Origin: Minisyncoccota bacterium
GTDB lineage: Bacteria > Patescibacteriota > Minisyncoccia > Phycocordibacterales > UBA6065
Assembly (NCBI GenBank): GCA_041661645.1
Contig: JBAZUA010000003.1
Coordinates: 86,841-150,840, forward strand
Direction of reading: 5' to 3'
Length of the DNA: 64,000 bases
Shown here: piece by piece, positions 19,337 to 28,173 of the stretch
Numbering within the stretch: the stretch's first letter is position 1
How the letters are laid out: each line of letters starts with the position of its first letter
Translations under genes and position numbers: made by a program
The notes under the pieces: model-generated
The model's input: only the letters and a program-made list of their open reading frames with translations
What the model was told of the DNA's origin: nothing
The model's database searches: none

Positions 19337-20443
19337 ATGAGCGAGACCCCTCGAGACTTTCGGGTAGAGATAACCGCGGGAACCGTCGTCAAGACGATAT
19401 TCCTCCTTATTTTGACGTATTTGCTCTTCATCCTGAAGGATATCGTGCTCGTCATATTGACCGCTGTGGTCATCGCCTCGTCGATCGAGCCCCTCACTCG
19501 CTGGTTCGTCCGCCGCAGCATTCCTCGCGTCTTTTCCGTGCTCATCATATACGTGCTCATGGGCGCAAGCCTCTTTGGCATGTTCTATGCCTTCGTGCCG
19601 ACCCTTCTGAGGGACACTTCTGAGTTCCTGGGATCGGTTCCCGAGTATATTGAAACCGTGTCGCTCTGGAATCCCCTTGGCACCGACGAGACCGTTCAGT
19701 CCAAGGCCGTCGTCACGAGCCTGGCCCAGGATCTGAATACGACACGGGCTGCCGTCCAGGATTCGAGCGACAGCGTCTCCCTGCAGGGCGTGTTGAGCGG
19801 CATCGACAACGCGATCTCGGACGTGTCCGCCGGCTTCATTCATTCCGCGAGCTCGATATTCGGAGGAGTCGTGAGCTTCATCCTCATCATAGTCCTCTCC
19901 TTCTATCTCGCCGTGCAGGAGGATGGCGTCGCGAGTTTCCTCAGAATCGTCACGCCGCGGAAGCAAGAGGCCTACATCCTCGATCTCTGGAGGCGAACCC
20001 AGACAAAAATTGGTCTTTGGATGCAGGGGCAGGTCGTTCTGGCGGTTCTTGTGGGCGTTCTCGTGTATCTGGGGCTCATGGTGCTCGGCGTGAAAAACGC
20101 CCTCCTGTTCGCCGTCTTTGCCGCCTTTCTTGAGATGATCCCGCTCTTCGGCCCCATTATCGCCGCAATTCCGGCGGTCATGTCATCATATGGAATTGAT
20201 GGGGCGTCGGGCGCCCTCATCGTCGGCGGCCTCTACCTCATAATCCATCAGTTCGAGAATCATCTTATCTATCCCCTGGTCGTTAAGAAGATCGTCGGCG
20301 TTCCGCCGATCCTCGTCATCATATCGCTCCTCGTCGGCTTCAAGCTTGCGGGCTTCCTCGGCATCATTCTCTCGGTCCCCCTCTCATCGATGCTCGTCGA
20401 GTTCATCGATGACGTTCATAAGAGGAAGTTTGCACGGGACTAG
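19337..20443 (+). CDS. AI-2E family transporter (PerM/UPF0118)
   Basis: 8-TM topology and conserved AI-2E C-terminal region (EMIPLFGPIIAAIPA). Confidence 0.75.
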   Translation: MSETPRDFRVEITAGTVVKTIFLLILTYLLFILKDIVLVILTAVVIASSIEPLTRWFVRRSIPRVFSVLIIYVLMGASLFGMFYAFVPTLLRDTSEFLGSVPEYIETVSLWNPLGTDETVQSKAVVTSLAQDLNTTRAAVQDSSDSVSLQGVLSGIDNAISDVSAGFIHSASSIFGGVVSFILIIVLSFYLAVQEDGVASFLRIVTPRKQEAYILDLWRRTQTKIGLWMQGQVVLAVLVGVLVYLGLMVLGVKNALLFAVFAAFLEMIPLFGPIIAAIPAVMSSYGIDGASGALIVGGLYLIIHQFENHLIYPLVVKKIVGVPPILVIISLLVGFKLAGFLGIILSVPLSSMLVEFIDDVHKRKFARD

Positions 20444-20476
20444 GGACAGGAGTATCATTCATCGCTACACATCATC

Positions 20477-21931
20477 ATGGAAAAGAAACCTTTCTATATA
20501 ACCACGACGCTGCCATATGTGAACGCCGAGGCCCATATGGGTCATGCGCTCGAGTTCATCCGCGCTGACATCATCGCACGTTGGAAGATGTCGCAGGGAT
20601 ATGACGTGTTCTTCAACACGGGCACCGACGAGCACGGACAGAAGCTGTTCGAGGCCGCCCAGAAAGAGGGGAAGGGGGTAAAGGAGTATGTCGACGACTA
20701 CTCAAATAGGTTCAAGGCCCTTTTGCCGAAGCTCGGCATGTCCTCGGACGTCCATTTCATTCGCACGACTGATGCCCATCACGAGAGGGCCGCTCAGGAG
20801 TTCTGGAAGCGCGTATCGGACAATGGATTCATATACAAGAAGGCCTACAAGACCAAATACTGCGTCGGCTGCGAGGAGAACAAGACCGAGAGCGAGCTCG
20901 TCGACGGTCGCTGCCCGATACACCCGAATCGGGAGCTTCAGCTCATAGACGAGGAGAATTACTTCTTCAAGTTCTCGGCATTCGGCGACAGGCTCATCGC
21001 CCTGTATGACGCGGCCCGAAAGGAGGGGAGGACATTCGTGGTGCCGGAGTTCCGCGAGAACGAGATGCGCGAGTTCATCAAACACGGCCTCGAGGATTTC
21101 AGCATCTCCCGTCTCAAGTCAAGGATGGAGTGGGGCATCAGCGTCCCCGGTGACGAAGAGCATGTCATGTACGTGTGGTTCGATGCTCTCGTGAACTACA
21201 TTTCCACTCTTGGTTGGCCAGAAAATATGGCCAATTTCGAGCGCTTCTGGCGCGACGGCATGCCGACCCAGTACTGCGGCAAGGATAATACGCGCTTTCA
21301 GTCCGTCATGTGGCAGTCCATGCTTATTGCCGCCGGTTTGCCCAACTCGCATACCATAGTCATAAACGGCTTCATCACCGGCGAGGGTGGGGTGAAGATG
21401 TCTAAGTCGCTTGGAAATGTCGTGAATCCGCTTGATGCCATAAACGAATACGGCACTGACTCCCTTCGCTATTTCCTCGCCCGCGAGATAGGCTCGTTCG
21501 AGGACTCTCCCTTCACCATCGAGCGCTTCAAGGCGGCGTACAATTCCGGGCTGGCGAATGGCCTCGGGAACCTCGTGTCGCGCGTCATGAGAATGGCGAC
21601 GACCAATCTTGACGCTCCCGCCTCGATTGTGGATGGGGTTTTGCCCCAGGATTATGTCGATGCTCTCAATTCCTTTGACATACAGAAGGCCACGGGGGTC
21701 ATCTGGAAGCACATATCTGACGCCGATCAGCTCATACAGGACAAGGCGCCGTTCAAGCTCGTGAAGACCGACAGGGCGGCGGCGCAGGAGATAATCAAAG
21801 ATTTGGTGTCTCGTGTGTATTTGATCGGATCAATGCTCGAGCCTGTTCTTCCGCCAATTGCTGAGGCCATCAAGAAGCTCGCCGTAGAGAACAAGATGCC
21901 CGAGACCCCGCTTTTCTTGAGAAAGGAATAA
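20477..21931 (+). CDS. metG: methionyl-tRNA synthetase (short form without C-terminal tRNA-binding domain)
   Basis: HIGH = TTLPYVNAEAHMGH; KMSKS = VKMSKSLGN; CxxC zinc knuckle (CVGC...CPIH). Confidence 0.9.
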   Translation: MEKKPFYITTTLPYVNAEAHMGHALEFIRADIIARWKMSQGYDVFFNTGTDEHGQKLFEAAQKEGKGVKEYVDDYSNRFKALLPKLGMSSDVHFIRTTDAHHERAAQEFWKRVSDNGFIYKKAYKTKYCVGCEENKTESELVDGRCPIHPNRELQLIDEENYFFKFSAFGDRLIALYDAARKEGRTFVVPEFRENEMREFIKHGLEDFSISRLKSRMEWGISVPGDEEHVMYVWFDALVNYISTLGWPENMANFERFWRDGMPTQYCGKDNTRFQSVMWQSMLIAAGLPNSHTIVINGFITGEGGVKMSKSLGNVVNPLDAINEYGTDSLRYFLAREIGSFEDSPFTIERFKAAYNSGLANGLGNLVSRVMRMATTNLDAPASIVDGVLPQDYVDALNSFDIQKATGVIWKHISDADQLIQDKAPFKLVKTDRAAAQEIIKDLVSRVYLIGSMLEPVLPPIAEAIKKLAVENKMPETPLFLRKE

Positions 21932-21950
21932 GCGCTGACGCACAATAGTC

Positions 21951-22811
21951 ATGAGGCCGCAATACATCGACATACACGCCCACACCAACTTCGCCCTCTT
22001 TGATGCCGACAGGAAGGAGGTGGTAGAGCGCGCGCTGAACGCCGGCGTCTGGATGATAAACATCGGCACTCAGCAGGACACCTCGCGGAAAGCTGTCGAG
22101 ATGACCCGAGAGTTTCCCGTCGGCGTTTACTCCATCATCGGCCTTCACCCAATTCACGTGAATCCCTCGTATCACGATGCCGAAGAGATCGGCCCGGAAG
22201 GGAAGACCTTCACCTCGCGTGGCGAAACATTCGATGCAGATTTTTACAGGAAGCTCGCCAAGGAGGGCGGGGCGAAGGTCCTCGGCATCGGCGAATGCGG
22301 CCTCGATTATTATCGACCTTCGACGCCTGAAGAGGATGCCCGCCAGCGCGAGGCGTTCATAGGTCAGATAGGGCTGGCTCTCGAGCTCGACTTGCCCCTC
22401 ATGCTCCATATCCGTTCGGGTGCCACCCGCAACGCCTATCGGGACGTCCTCGACATTCTCGCGACCTATAAAAAGTCCCATGGCGACAAGCTTCGCGGCG
22501 ACACCCATTTCTTTGCGGGAAGCGTAGACGAGGCGAAAGAGTTCCTCGCCCTTGGCTTCCACCTTTCATACACCGGCGTCGTCACCTTCGCCAAACAGTA
22601 CAAGGAGCTCGTCGAGGCGACGCCCGTTGACCGCATCATGTCCGAGACCGATTGTCCGTACGTCGCACCCGTTCCCGAGAGGGGGAAGAGGAATGAGCCG
22701 TCCTTTGTCATACACACGGCCAACAAGATCCTCGATATAAAGGGGTTGGGTCCCATAGAGGGGAGGAAGAGGTTGGTGGAGAATGCCTTTAAATTATTCA
22801 GCCTCAACTAG
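21951..22811 (+). CDS. tatD: TatD family hydrolase
   Basis: IDIHAHT start, GECGLDY and DCPY motifs; classical metG-tatD adjacency. Confidence 0.85.
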   Translation: MRPQYIDIHAHTNFALFDADRKEVVERALNAGVWMINIGTQQDTSRKAVEMTREFPVGVYSIIGLHPIHVNPSYHDAEEIGPEGKTFTSRGETFDADFYRKLAKEGGAKVLGIGECGLDYYRPSTPEEDARQREAFIGQIGLALELDLPLMLHIRSGATRNAYRDVLDILATYKKSHGDKLRGDTHFFAGSVDEAKEFLALGFHLSYTGVVTFAKQYKELVEATPVDRIMSETDCPYVAPVPERGKRNEPSFVIHTANKILDIKGLGPIEGRKRLVENAFKLFSLN

Positions 22812-22827
22812 GTCATAATAAAAGAAT

Positions 22828-22864
22828 TTGACAGAAATATACCAAAGTATATACTTTGGTATAT
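22828..22864 (+). promoter_or_regulatory. sigma70-like promoter (TTGACA-16-TATACT) overlapped by a 28-bp perfect palindrome operator, ATATACCAAAGTATATACTTTGGTATAT
   Basis: Perfect dyad at 22837-22864 overlapping the -10 and the dinJ start codon; predicted TSS at or next to the ATG (leaderless). Confidence 0.55.
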
Positions 22865-23135
22865 GAATACGAAAACGCTTCTGACGGTCAAAATGGAAAA
22901 GAGCCTCAAACAGGCGGCACAGGAAACCGCCGCTGAAATTGGCATTCCCTTGGGAACGCTTGTGAACGCGATTCTCAAGCAGTTCGTCAGGACGAAGGAG
23001 GTTAATCTTGATGTTTCGTATGAGCCTACAGAATATCTCAAATCGGTCATAAGAGAGAGCGAAGAAGAGTTTGCGAAAGGCCTGTCGCCAAAAGCGGCAA
23101 ACGTCGACGAGTTGATGAAGGAGCTGCTTTCTTAA
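22863..23135 (+). CDS. dinJ: type II antitoxin, RelB/DinJ family (RHH)
   Basis: Aligns with E. coli DinJ pattern (..R.D..LK..A...L...G...S.L....L......E..L.F); immediately upstream of the YafQ-like toxin. Confidence 0.7.
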   Translation: MNTKTLLTVKMEKSLKQAAQETAAEIGIPLGTLVNAILKQFVRTKEVNLDVSYEPTEYLKSVIRESEEEFAKGLSPKAANVDELMKELLS

Positions 23136-23150
23136 TTCATAGCTTTATTC

Positions 23151-23405
23151 ATGATATATCGATCTTCTCATTTCAAAAGACAGCTTAGGAAGCTTTCGCC
23201 TAAGTTGCAGAGGAAAGTGGCTGAAAGATTGCGATTGATGCTTGTGAATGAATTTGACCCGATTTTAAATAATCACAAGCTAGGTGGTGAATATGAGGGC
23301 GATAGAAGCATAAATATAACGGGAGACATCCGCCTTACCTATAAAAGGGAAAGAGATGATTTTTACTTGAGGGTTGTCGGCACCCATAGTCAGCTGTATA
23401 AATAG
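23151..23405 (+). CDS. yafQ: type II toxin, YafQ family (RelE/ParE superfamily mRNA interferase)
   Basis: HKLGGEYEGDRSINITGDIRLTYK...LRVVGTHSQLY aligns with E. coli YafQ HPLQGSWKGYRDAHVEPDWILIYK...LRFERTGTHAALF. Confidence 0.75.
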   Translation: MIYRSSHFKRQLRKLSPKLQRKVAERLRLMLVNEFDPILNNHKLGGEYEGDRSINITGDIRLTYKRERDDFYLRVVGTHSQLYK

Positions 23406-23508
23406 CAAGAACGCCGCCTTTCCTTGCTATTTCAGCCATTTCTGGTATTCTCTACTCCACTTGCTCTGGATTAAAAAGCAAGAAATTATAAGCCTAAACA
23501 GTCACAAT

Positions 23509-23979
23509 ATGACCAAAGAAACAGTTAAGACGTCTGGCACCGTCTACGAGGTGGGATTCCACATCGTTCCCGCTGTCTCTCCAGAGAATCTCCCCAAGGA
23601 GGTTGATGCTATCAAAGCAGTACTCGGAGCGCACGGAGCGACCATTATAAGCGAGGAGGCTCCAAAGCTTCGACCCCTCACCTTCACCATGGTGAAGGTC
23701 ATCGGACAGAATCGACACAAGTACGATACGGCCCATTTCGGCTGGATCAAGTTCGAGACCACCCCAGAGGCGGCGGTAGAGATAAACTCGGCTCTCGCCA
23801 CCTCGGAGAAGATCCTTCGCTATCTCCTCATCAAGACCGTCGCGGAGAACACCCTCTATGGCGAGAAGCTTCTCCCTCAGGAGAAGGAGGCGGGCGCAAA
23901 GACGGACGAAGCCGCAAAGGAGGCGGCACCGGTTGTGGCGGCTGAAATTGACAAGGCAGTCGAGAAGATTGTCGCGTAA
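23509..23979 (+). CDS. rpsF: 30S ribosomal protein S6 with acidic/Ala-rich C-terminal tail
   Basis: YE.GFHIVPAVSPENLPKEVDAIKAVL...G..I.S.E..KLRPL.F pattern; rpsF-ssb-rpsR order; upstream part of the ORF (from 23374) judged non-coding. Confidence 0.85.
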   Translation: MTKETVKTSGTVYEVGFHIVPAVSPENLPKEVDAIKAVLGAHGATIISEEAPKLRPLTFTMVKVIGQNRHKYDTAHFGWIKFETTPEAAVEINSALATSEKILRYLLIKTVAENTLYGEKLLPQEKEAGAKTDEAAKEAAPVVAAEIDKAVEKIVA

Positions 23980-24069
23980 GGTTCTTTAGAAAGGCTTCAT
24001 TTATAGGCGTGGACAGGGGGTTCTCGAACCGTTATAGTAACCTCATGTTACTAGCCTAAACCAAACAGC

Positions 24070-24552
24070 ATGTATCTCAACAAAGCCATCATCATCGGAA
24101 ACCTGACCCGAGACCCAGAGCTCAAGGCCCTGCCGTCGGGAATTCAGGTAACGTCGCTCTCTTTGGCCACCAACCGAGTCTGGAAGGACAAGGCCGGCGC
24201 CAAGCAGGAGGCATCTGACTTCCACAATGTCGTGGTGTTCGGACGCCAGGCAGAGACCTCTGCCCAGTACCTCAAGAAGGGACAGCAGGTCATGATAGAG
24301 GGAAGGATACAGACCCGCTCATGGGACGATAAGGCAACGGGCGAGAAGAAGTATCGCACCGAGATCGTCGCCGAGAGCGTCCAGTTCGGACCAAAGGCAG
24401 GCGCAGCCACGGGTGGCTCATACGCCCCTGCGGCATCGGGCCCATCGGCATCAAGCGCTCCAAAGTCAGCATCGGGAGCCAAGGCCGCCGACCCAGTCGA
24501 CACTATCGACTATCCGTCAGAGGACATCAACCCAGAAGACATCCCATTTTAG
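24070..24552 (+). CDS. ssb: single-stranded DNA-binding protein
   Basis: OB fold (NKAIIIGNLTRDPELK....NVVVFGRQAE) and C-terminal acidic tail ending DIPF. Confidence 0.9.
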   Translation: MYLNKAIIIGNLTRDPELKALPSGIQVTSLSLATNRVWKDKAGAKQEASDFHNVVVFGRQAETSAQYLKKGQQVMIEGRIQTRSWDDKATGEKKYRTEIVAESVQFGPKAGAATGGSYAPAASGPSASSAPKSASGAKAADPVDTIDYPSEDINPEDIPF

Positions 24553-24582
24553 AGATTCAATTTATCAACTTAGCAAACAATT

Positions 24583-24786
24583 ATGTCAAAGCAGTGTTTT
24601 TTCAAGGAGAATAACGTACAGCACATAGACTACAAGGATACCGATATCCTCAAGAAGTTCCTCAACCCTCATGCCCGCATCATGGCAAAGAAGAGGACCG
24701 CGGTAAGCGCCGGCAATCAGCGCAAGCTCGCCCTCGCCGTAAAGCGAGCAAGGTTCATGGGACTCCTCCCATACGTAGCGAGATAG
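24583..24786 (+). CDS. rpsR: 30S ribosomal protein S18
   Basis: IDYKDTDILKKFLNPHARIMAKKRT..SAGNQRKLALAVKRARFMGLLPY. Confidence 0.9.
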   Translation: MSKQCFFKENNVQHIDYKDTDILKKFLNPHARIMAKKRTAVSAGNQRKLALAVKRARFMGLLPYVAR

Positions 24787-24791
24787 GGGAC

Positions 24792-24888
24792 AGTCGGGGC
24801 GAGCTCTCGCTTGCTAGTCCTCGAAATAAAGACGCCCAGAGAAATCTGGGCGTCTTTATTTCTGCGGAGGCGCGCTTGAGCTCGCCCC
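24792..24888. terminator. nested inverted-repeat terminator (outer 16-bp stem CAGTCGGGGCGAGCTC/GAGCTCGCCCCGACTG, inner hairpin AAATAAAGACGCCCAGAgaaaTCTGGGCGTCTTTATTT)
   Basis: Both dyads seen directly; the inner hairpin is flanked by A and T tracts (bidirectional). Confidence 0.7.
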
Positions 24889-24964
24889 GACTGCCTTGTG
24901 TGGAAGCGGGCAATTGACTTAGGCGAGGGGGAAATGTAGTCTCTACAGTAAGTCCGCTCATTTT

Positions 24965-25363
24965 ATGTCTACCAACCTACCACCAACTGTCACTGAGAGG
25001 GAGATAGCGATTGCCATCAAGATCGCCGGGACCTGGTTCCGCGTCTTCCAGCCCGAAGGGGACGGGGCGAGGATGTATATGGAGCCCATAAGGGGCGAAA
25101 TCGAGCTCGCAGAGGAGGCCGACGTCAGCAAGCTCATCAGCACATCCTTCGATCGGGGTCATCCGCCGGAGTATTGGAAGCTCTTCGAGAGGATCGGTTT
25201 CAATCTCCTCGTGGACAAGAAGGCCGGCACCGCACACGCCACCTACTTTGCCTTCAAGGACGGAGTTTGGATGATCGAAAAGGGAGCCATCCAGGCTCTT
25301 CCCAGGATTACCTGCGTCTTCGCTCTCTTTCAGGCGGCTTGCCACGAACCTGTTGCCGCCTGA
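24965..25363 (+). CDS. hypothetical protein
   Basis: 132-aa ORF with its own terminator; no recognisable domain. Confidence 0.4.
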   Translation: MSTNLPPTVTEREIAIAIKIAGTWFRVFQPEGDGARMYMEPIRGEIELAEEADVSKLISTSFDRGHPPEYWKLFERIGFNLLVDKKAGTAHATYFAFKDGVWMIEKGAIQALPRITCVFALFQAACHEPVAA

Positions 25364-25375
25364 AGTTTGAAAATG

Positions 25376-25404
25376 AGGCCGCGCATCGCTGCGCGGCCTT
25401 TTTC
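25376..25404 (+). terminator. rho-independent terminator
   Basis: AGGCCGCGCatcgctGCGCGGCCTTTTTC. Confidence 0.8.
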
Positions 25405-25471
25405 TTACCCCACAAACGTGTTGACTTTGCGCGGTTCGGGCGTAGTATTTGCCCCGAAGGAGATATTTATT

Positions 25472-25834
25472 ATGAATAATAGTAGGCCCTGTAGACAGAT
25501 CGACCTTAGTCAATTCGGTCTTGTGCTTGTGTTGACGACTTCCGATAAGGCGGTTGAACGGATGTGGGCTAGCGACGACATCCGGGTTGCCGACTCTGAC
25601 ATGAGGCGGGAGGTGTTACGACACATCATTCCCCTTATCGAGAGGGGCGAGCGGGAAGGAAAGGCTTGTCTGAAGGGGATTTGTTTTTGGGAACGTGTCT
25701 CAAAGACCAGGAACGGCCTTCGCGCCGGGGAGACTTTGAATGTTCCTGTCTCCTGGCGGGCCATGTTGCCTTGGTGGCATCCTGACAACGCCCTGTGGTG
25801 GAAGAATCCTTTCTGTGGACGGATCGTCGACTGA
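25472..25834 (+). CDS. hypothetical protein (Trp/Cys-containing, about 120 aa)
   Basis: ORF with an ATG at 25472; it is the only gene here preceded by AAGGAG; own terminator. Confidence 0.35.
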   Translation: MNNSRPCRQIDLSQFGLVLVLTTSDKAVERMWASDDIRVADSDMRREVLRHIIPLIERGEREGKACLKGICFWERVSKTRNGLRAGETLNVPVSWRAMLPWWHPDNALWWKNPFCGRIVD

Positions 25835-25840
25835 ATGCTT

Positions 25841-25870
25841 GGGGCCGCGCTTTACAGCGCGGCCTTTTTT
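25841..25870 (+). terminator. rho-independent terminator
   Basis: GGGGCCGCGCtttacaGCGCGGCCTTTTTT. Confidence 0.8.
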
Positions 25871-25876
25871 CTTGCA

Positions 25877-25908
25877 AAATAAACACCTCAATCAAGTGAG
25901 GTGTTTAT
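25877..25908 (-). terminator. terminator of efp (minus strand), bidirectional hairpin
   Basis: AAATAAACACCTCAatcaagTGAGGTGTTTAT. Confidence 0.7.
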
Positions 25909-25947
25909 CGCGGCTCTATTAGGGCCTAATTCTGCCGTGAGGCGGGC

Positions 25948-26541
25948 CTAGAGCACTCGCTCTCGGTATTCTCCGGTGTCAGTGTTGATGCGAATGGTAT
26001 CACCCTCGTTCACGAACAGGGGAGTGGTGACCATCGCACCCGTCTCCACCTTCACAAGCTTGTTGCCGCCACGGGCGGTGTCGCCCTTAACACCCGGAGG
26101 GGCCTCGACTACCTTGAGGTCGACGGTCGCATCCAGCCTGACGCCGAATATGGTTCCCTCGTCATCGTCCTTCTCGGGGTCGATGAAGGCCTTGGTCTGG
26201 TACACAGTGTTTGGCTTAAGGAATTTTGCCTGTATGCCGAGGACCGCCTCGGGGATCTTGAATCGCCTGGCGGGGTTATCGATGTCGCAGAACCAGTACT
26301 CGCCCTTGTTCACGAAGAGGTACTTTGCATCCTTGGTGTCGATATCCGCCTCGGCAACCTTGTCTGCGGCGTGGAAGGTGGCCTCAACGACCCGGCCGTT
26401 CAGGAGGTTCTTGATCTTGGTCTTGTTCTGGGGCTTCCTCTGCTGCATGCGGAAGATGTTGTTCTCGATCACCTCGTAGGGCTCTCCCTCGAAGACGATG
26501 AATTTTCGGGTGACGATTTCGCTGTATTCGAGCAATGCCAT
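25948..26541 (-). CDS. efp: elongation factor P
   Basis: Three-domain EF-P with the KPG loop region (KFLKPNTVYQTKAFIDPEKDDDEGTIFGV) and C-terminal KVETGA..V.P.F...G. Confidence 0.85.
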   Translation of the reverse strand: MALLEYSEIVTRKFIVFEGEPYEVIENNIFRMQQRKPQNKTKIKNLLNGRVVEATFHAADKVAEADIDTKDAKYLFVNKGEYWFCDIDNPARRFKIPEAVLGIQAKFLKPNTVYQTKAFIDPEKDDDEGTIFGVRLDATVDLKVVEAPPGVKGDTARGGNKLVKVETGAMVTTPLFVNEGDTIRINTDTGEYRERVL

Positions 26542-26665
26542 AATGTTGATGTTTAGGCTGGAAAAGGCTTAATAGGGCTTCATAGTAGCCTAGGGGAGTG
26601 GGAATGTCCACCTAAAGCAAAGCCGCGCGCCTTCAGCGCGCGGCAATACTCGCTTGATGTTTTGA

Positions 26666-27781
26666 CTAGATCTCCTTGAGCTTTGCCCTGATCTTCTTGA
26701 GTATCTCGGTCGTCACCTTTGGATTCTCCTTGAGGAACTGTCGGGTGGCGTCATACCCTCGTCCGAGAGGGAGCTTCTCGCCAGCCTTGCCGTCCGCGCC
26801 TTCGGGGGTGTATGAATACGATGCACCCGACTTGGCGATGATGCCATGGGACTCGCCGAGGGCTATGATCTCGCCCTCGCGGGAGATGCCTTCGTTGTAC
26901 ATGAGGTCGAACTCGGTCTGTTTGAAGGGGGCAGCTACCTTGTTCTTGACCACCTTCACGCGGACGCGGCCTCCGACGATTTCCTCGCCCTTCTTTATCT
27001 GGGCGATGCGACGGATGTCGAGTCGGACCGATGTGTAGAATTTGAGAGCCTTGCCGCCCGGGGTAGTCTCTGGATTGCCGAACATGACGCCGATCTGCAT
27101 GCGGATCTGGTTGATGAAGATGACGACGGTCTTTGATTTTGCCGTGATGGCGGTTAATTTGCGGAGTGCCTGTGACATGAGGCGGGCCTGTTTACCCATA
27201 TGCGATGCGCCCATGTCGCCCTCAATCTCGTCCTTTGGGGTGAGTGCGGCGACCGAGTCTATGACGATGACGTCGAGCTTGCCCGAACGAACAAGAGACT
27301 CGACTATCTCGAGTGCCTGCTCGCCCGTGTCCGGCTGGGAGATGAGGAGGTTTTCGATCTTGACCCCGATTCGCTTTGAATATTCAGGATCCATGGCGTG
27401 CTCGGCGTCGATGAAGGCGCAGATGCCGCCGAGCTTCTGGGCCTCGGCAATGATGTGGAGGCAGAGAGTGGTCTTTCCTGAAGACTCTGGTCCGAAGATC
27501 TCGAGTATGCGCCCGCGAGGTACGCCGCCGATGCCGAGGGCCGCGTCAAGGCCTATCGAGCCGGTGGGGATGGCGTTTATGTTGACCCTCGGTTTGTCGC
27601 CGAGCTTCATGATGGCATCGTCGCCGAACTTCGTCCTGATGGCGTTCAGGGTGTCCTCGATGTTGGCGGGGGACTTGGATGTCTTTTCCTCGGCCTCGTC
27701 GTGCTCTACCGTGTCGAGCTCGCCGTCGTTCCGCTTGTCTGCCTTGCTGGTCTCTACCTTTTTCTCTTTTTTGCCTGCCAT
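26666..27781 (-). CDS. recA: recombinase RecA (with about 35-aa Lys/Glu-rich N-terminal extension)
   Basis: Walker [11 protein letters not shown]1/L2 loops, [14 protein letters not shown]; the only in-frame ATG is at 27781. Confidence 0.95.
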   Translation of the reverse strand: MAGKKEKKVETSKADKRNDGELDTVEHDEAEEKTSKSPANIEDTLNAIRTKFGDDAIMKLGDKPRVNINAIPTGSIGLDAALGIGGVPRGRILEIFGPESSGKTTLCLHIIAEAQKLGGICAFIDAEHAMDPEYSKRIGVKIENLLISQPDTGEQALEIVESLVRSGKLDVIVIDSVAALTPKDEIEGDMGASHMGKQARLMSQALRKLTAITAKSKTVVIFINQIRMQIGVMFGNPETTPGGKALKFYTSVRLDIRRIAQIKKGEEIVGGRVRVKVVKNKVAAPFKQTEFDLMYNEGISREGEIIALGESHGIIAKSGASYSYTPEGADGKAGEKLPLGRGYDATRQFLKENPKVTTEILKKIRAKLKEI

Positions 27782-27782
27782 G

Positions 27783-28136
27783 TTATTTGTAGATTAATTG
27801 TAATGTCTGTGCGGTCTTTCGGCCGAATCGATCCCGTGCGTCGAGCTCCATTATATTATATCCGCGGGAGAGAAGTACGCTTTCGCTGAACTTGCCGCTC
27901 TCGTCGGTGAATATCTTGTTGCCGTTGAGCGTCAGGTACGATATGTTCTTTGCCGTCCCTTCGATGGTTATGAGCGATTCGTTCGATATGACTCCATTCC
28001 GAGGGGAGGTGACCTCTATGGTTGGCCCTTTGGCAAAGGCCTGTGCCTGGAAGGCCGCATAGCCGGCAATGACGACGATAAAGGCGAGGATGATCCATAT
28101 CTTCACGAACCTCTTCACTTTCATTCGATCGGTCAT
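27783..28136 (-). CDS. hypothetical membrane-anchored small protein (signal anchor plus beta-rich domain)
   Basis: N-terminal TM helix and a ~90-aa domain ([24 protein letters not shown]...); stop codon abuts the recA start. Confidence 0.4.
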   Translation of the reverse strand: MTDRMKVKRFVKIWIILAFIVVIAGYAAFQAQAFAKGPTIEVTSPRNGVISNESLITIEGTAKNISYLTLNGNKIFTDESGKFSESVLLSRGYNIMELDARDRFGRKTAQTLQLIYK

Positions 28137-28173
28137 TGTCTGTTTGTATGGTTACACGCGGCCGTTCAAGGAC

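Noticed and set aside
25457-25474. AAGGAG 9 nt upstream of the ATG at 25472, a Shine-Dalgarno look-alike
   Set aside because: The 16S 3' end has no CCUCC, so it cannot function as an SD here. Treated as coincidence, or possibly a hint that this small gene is foreign.
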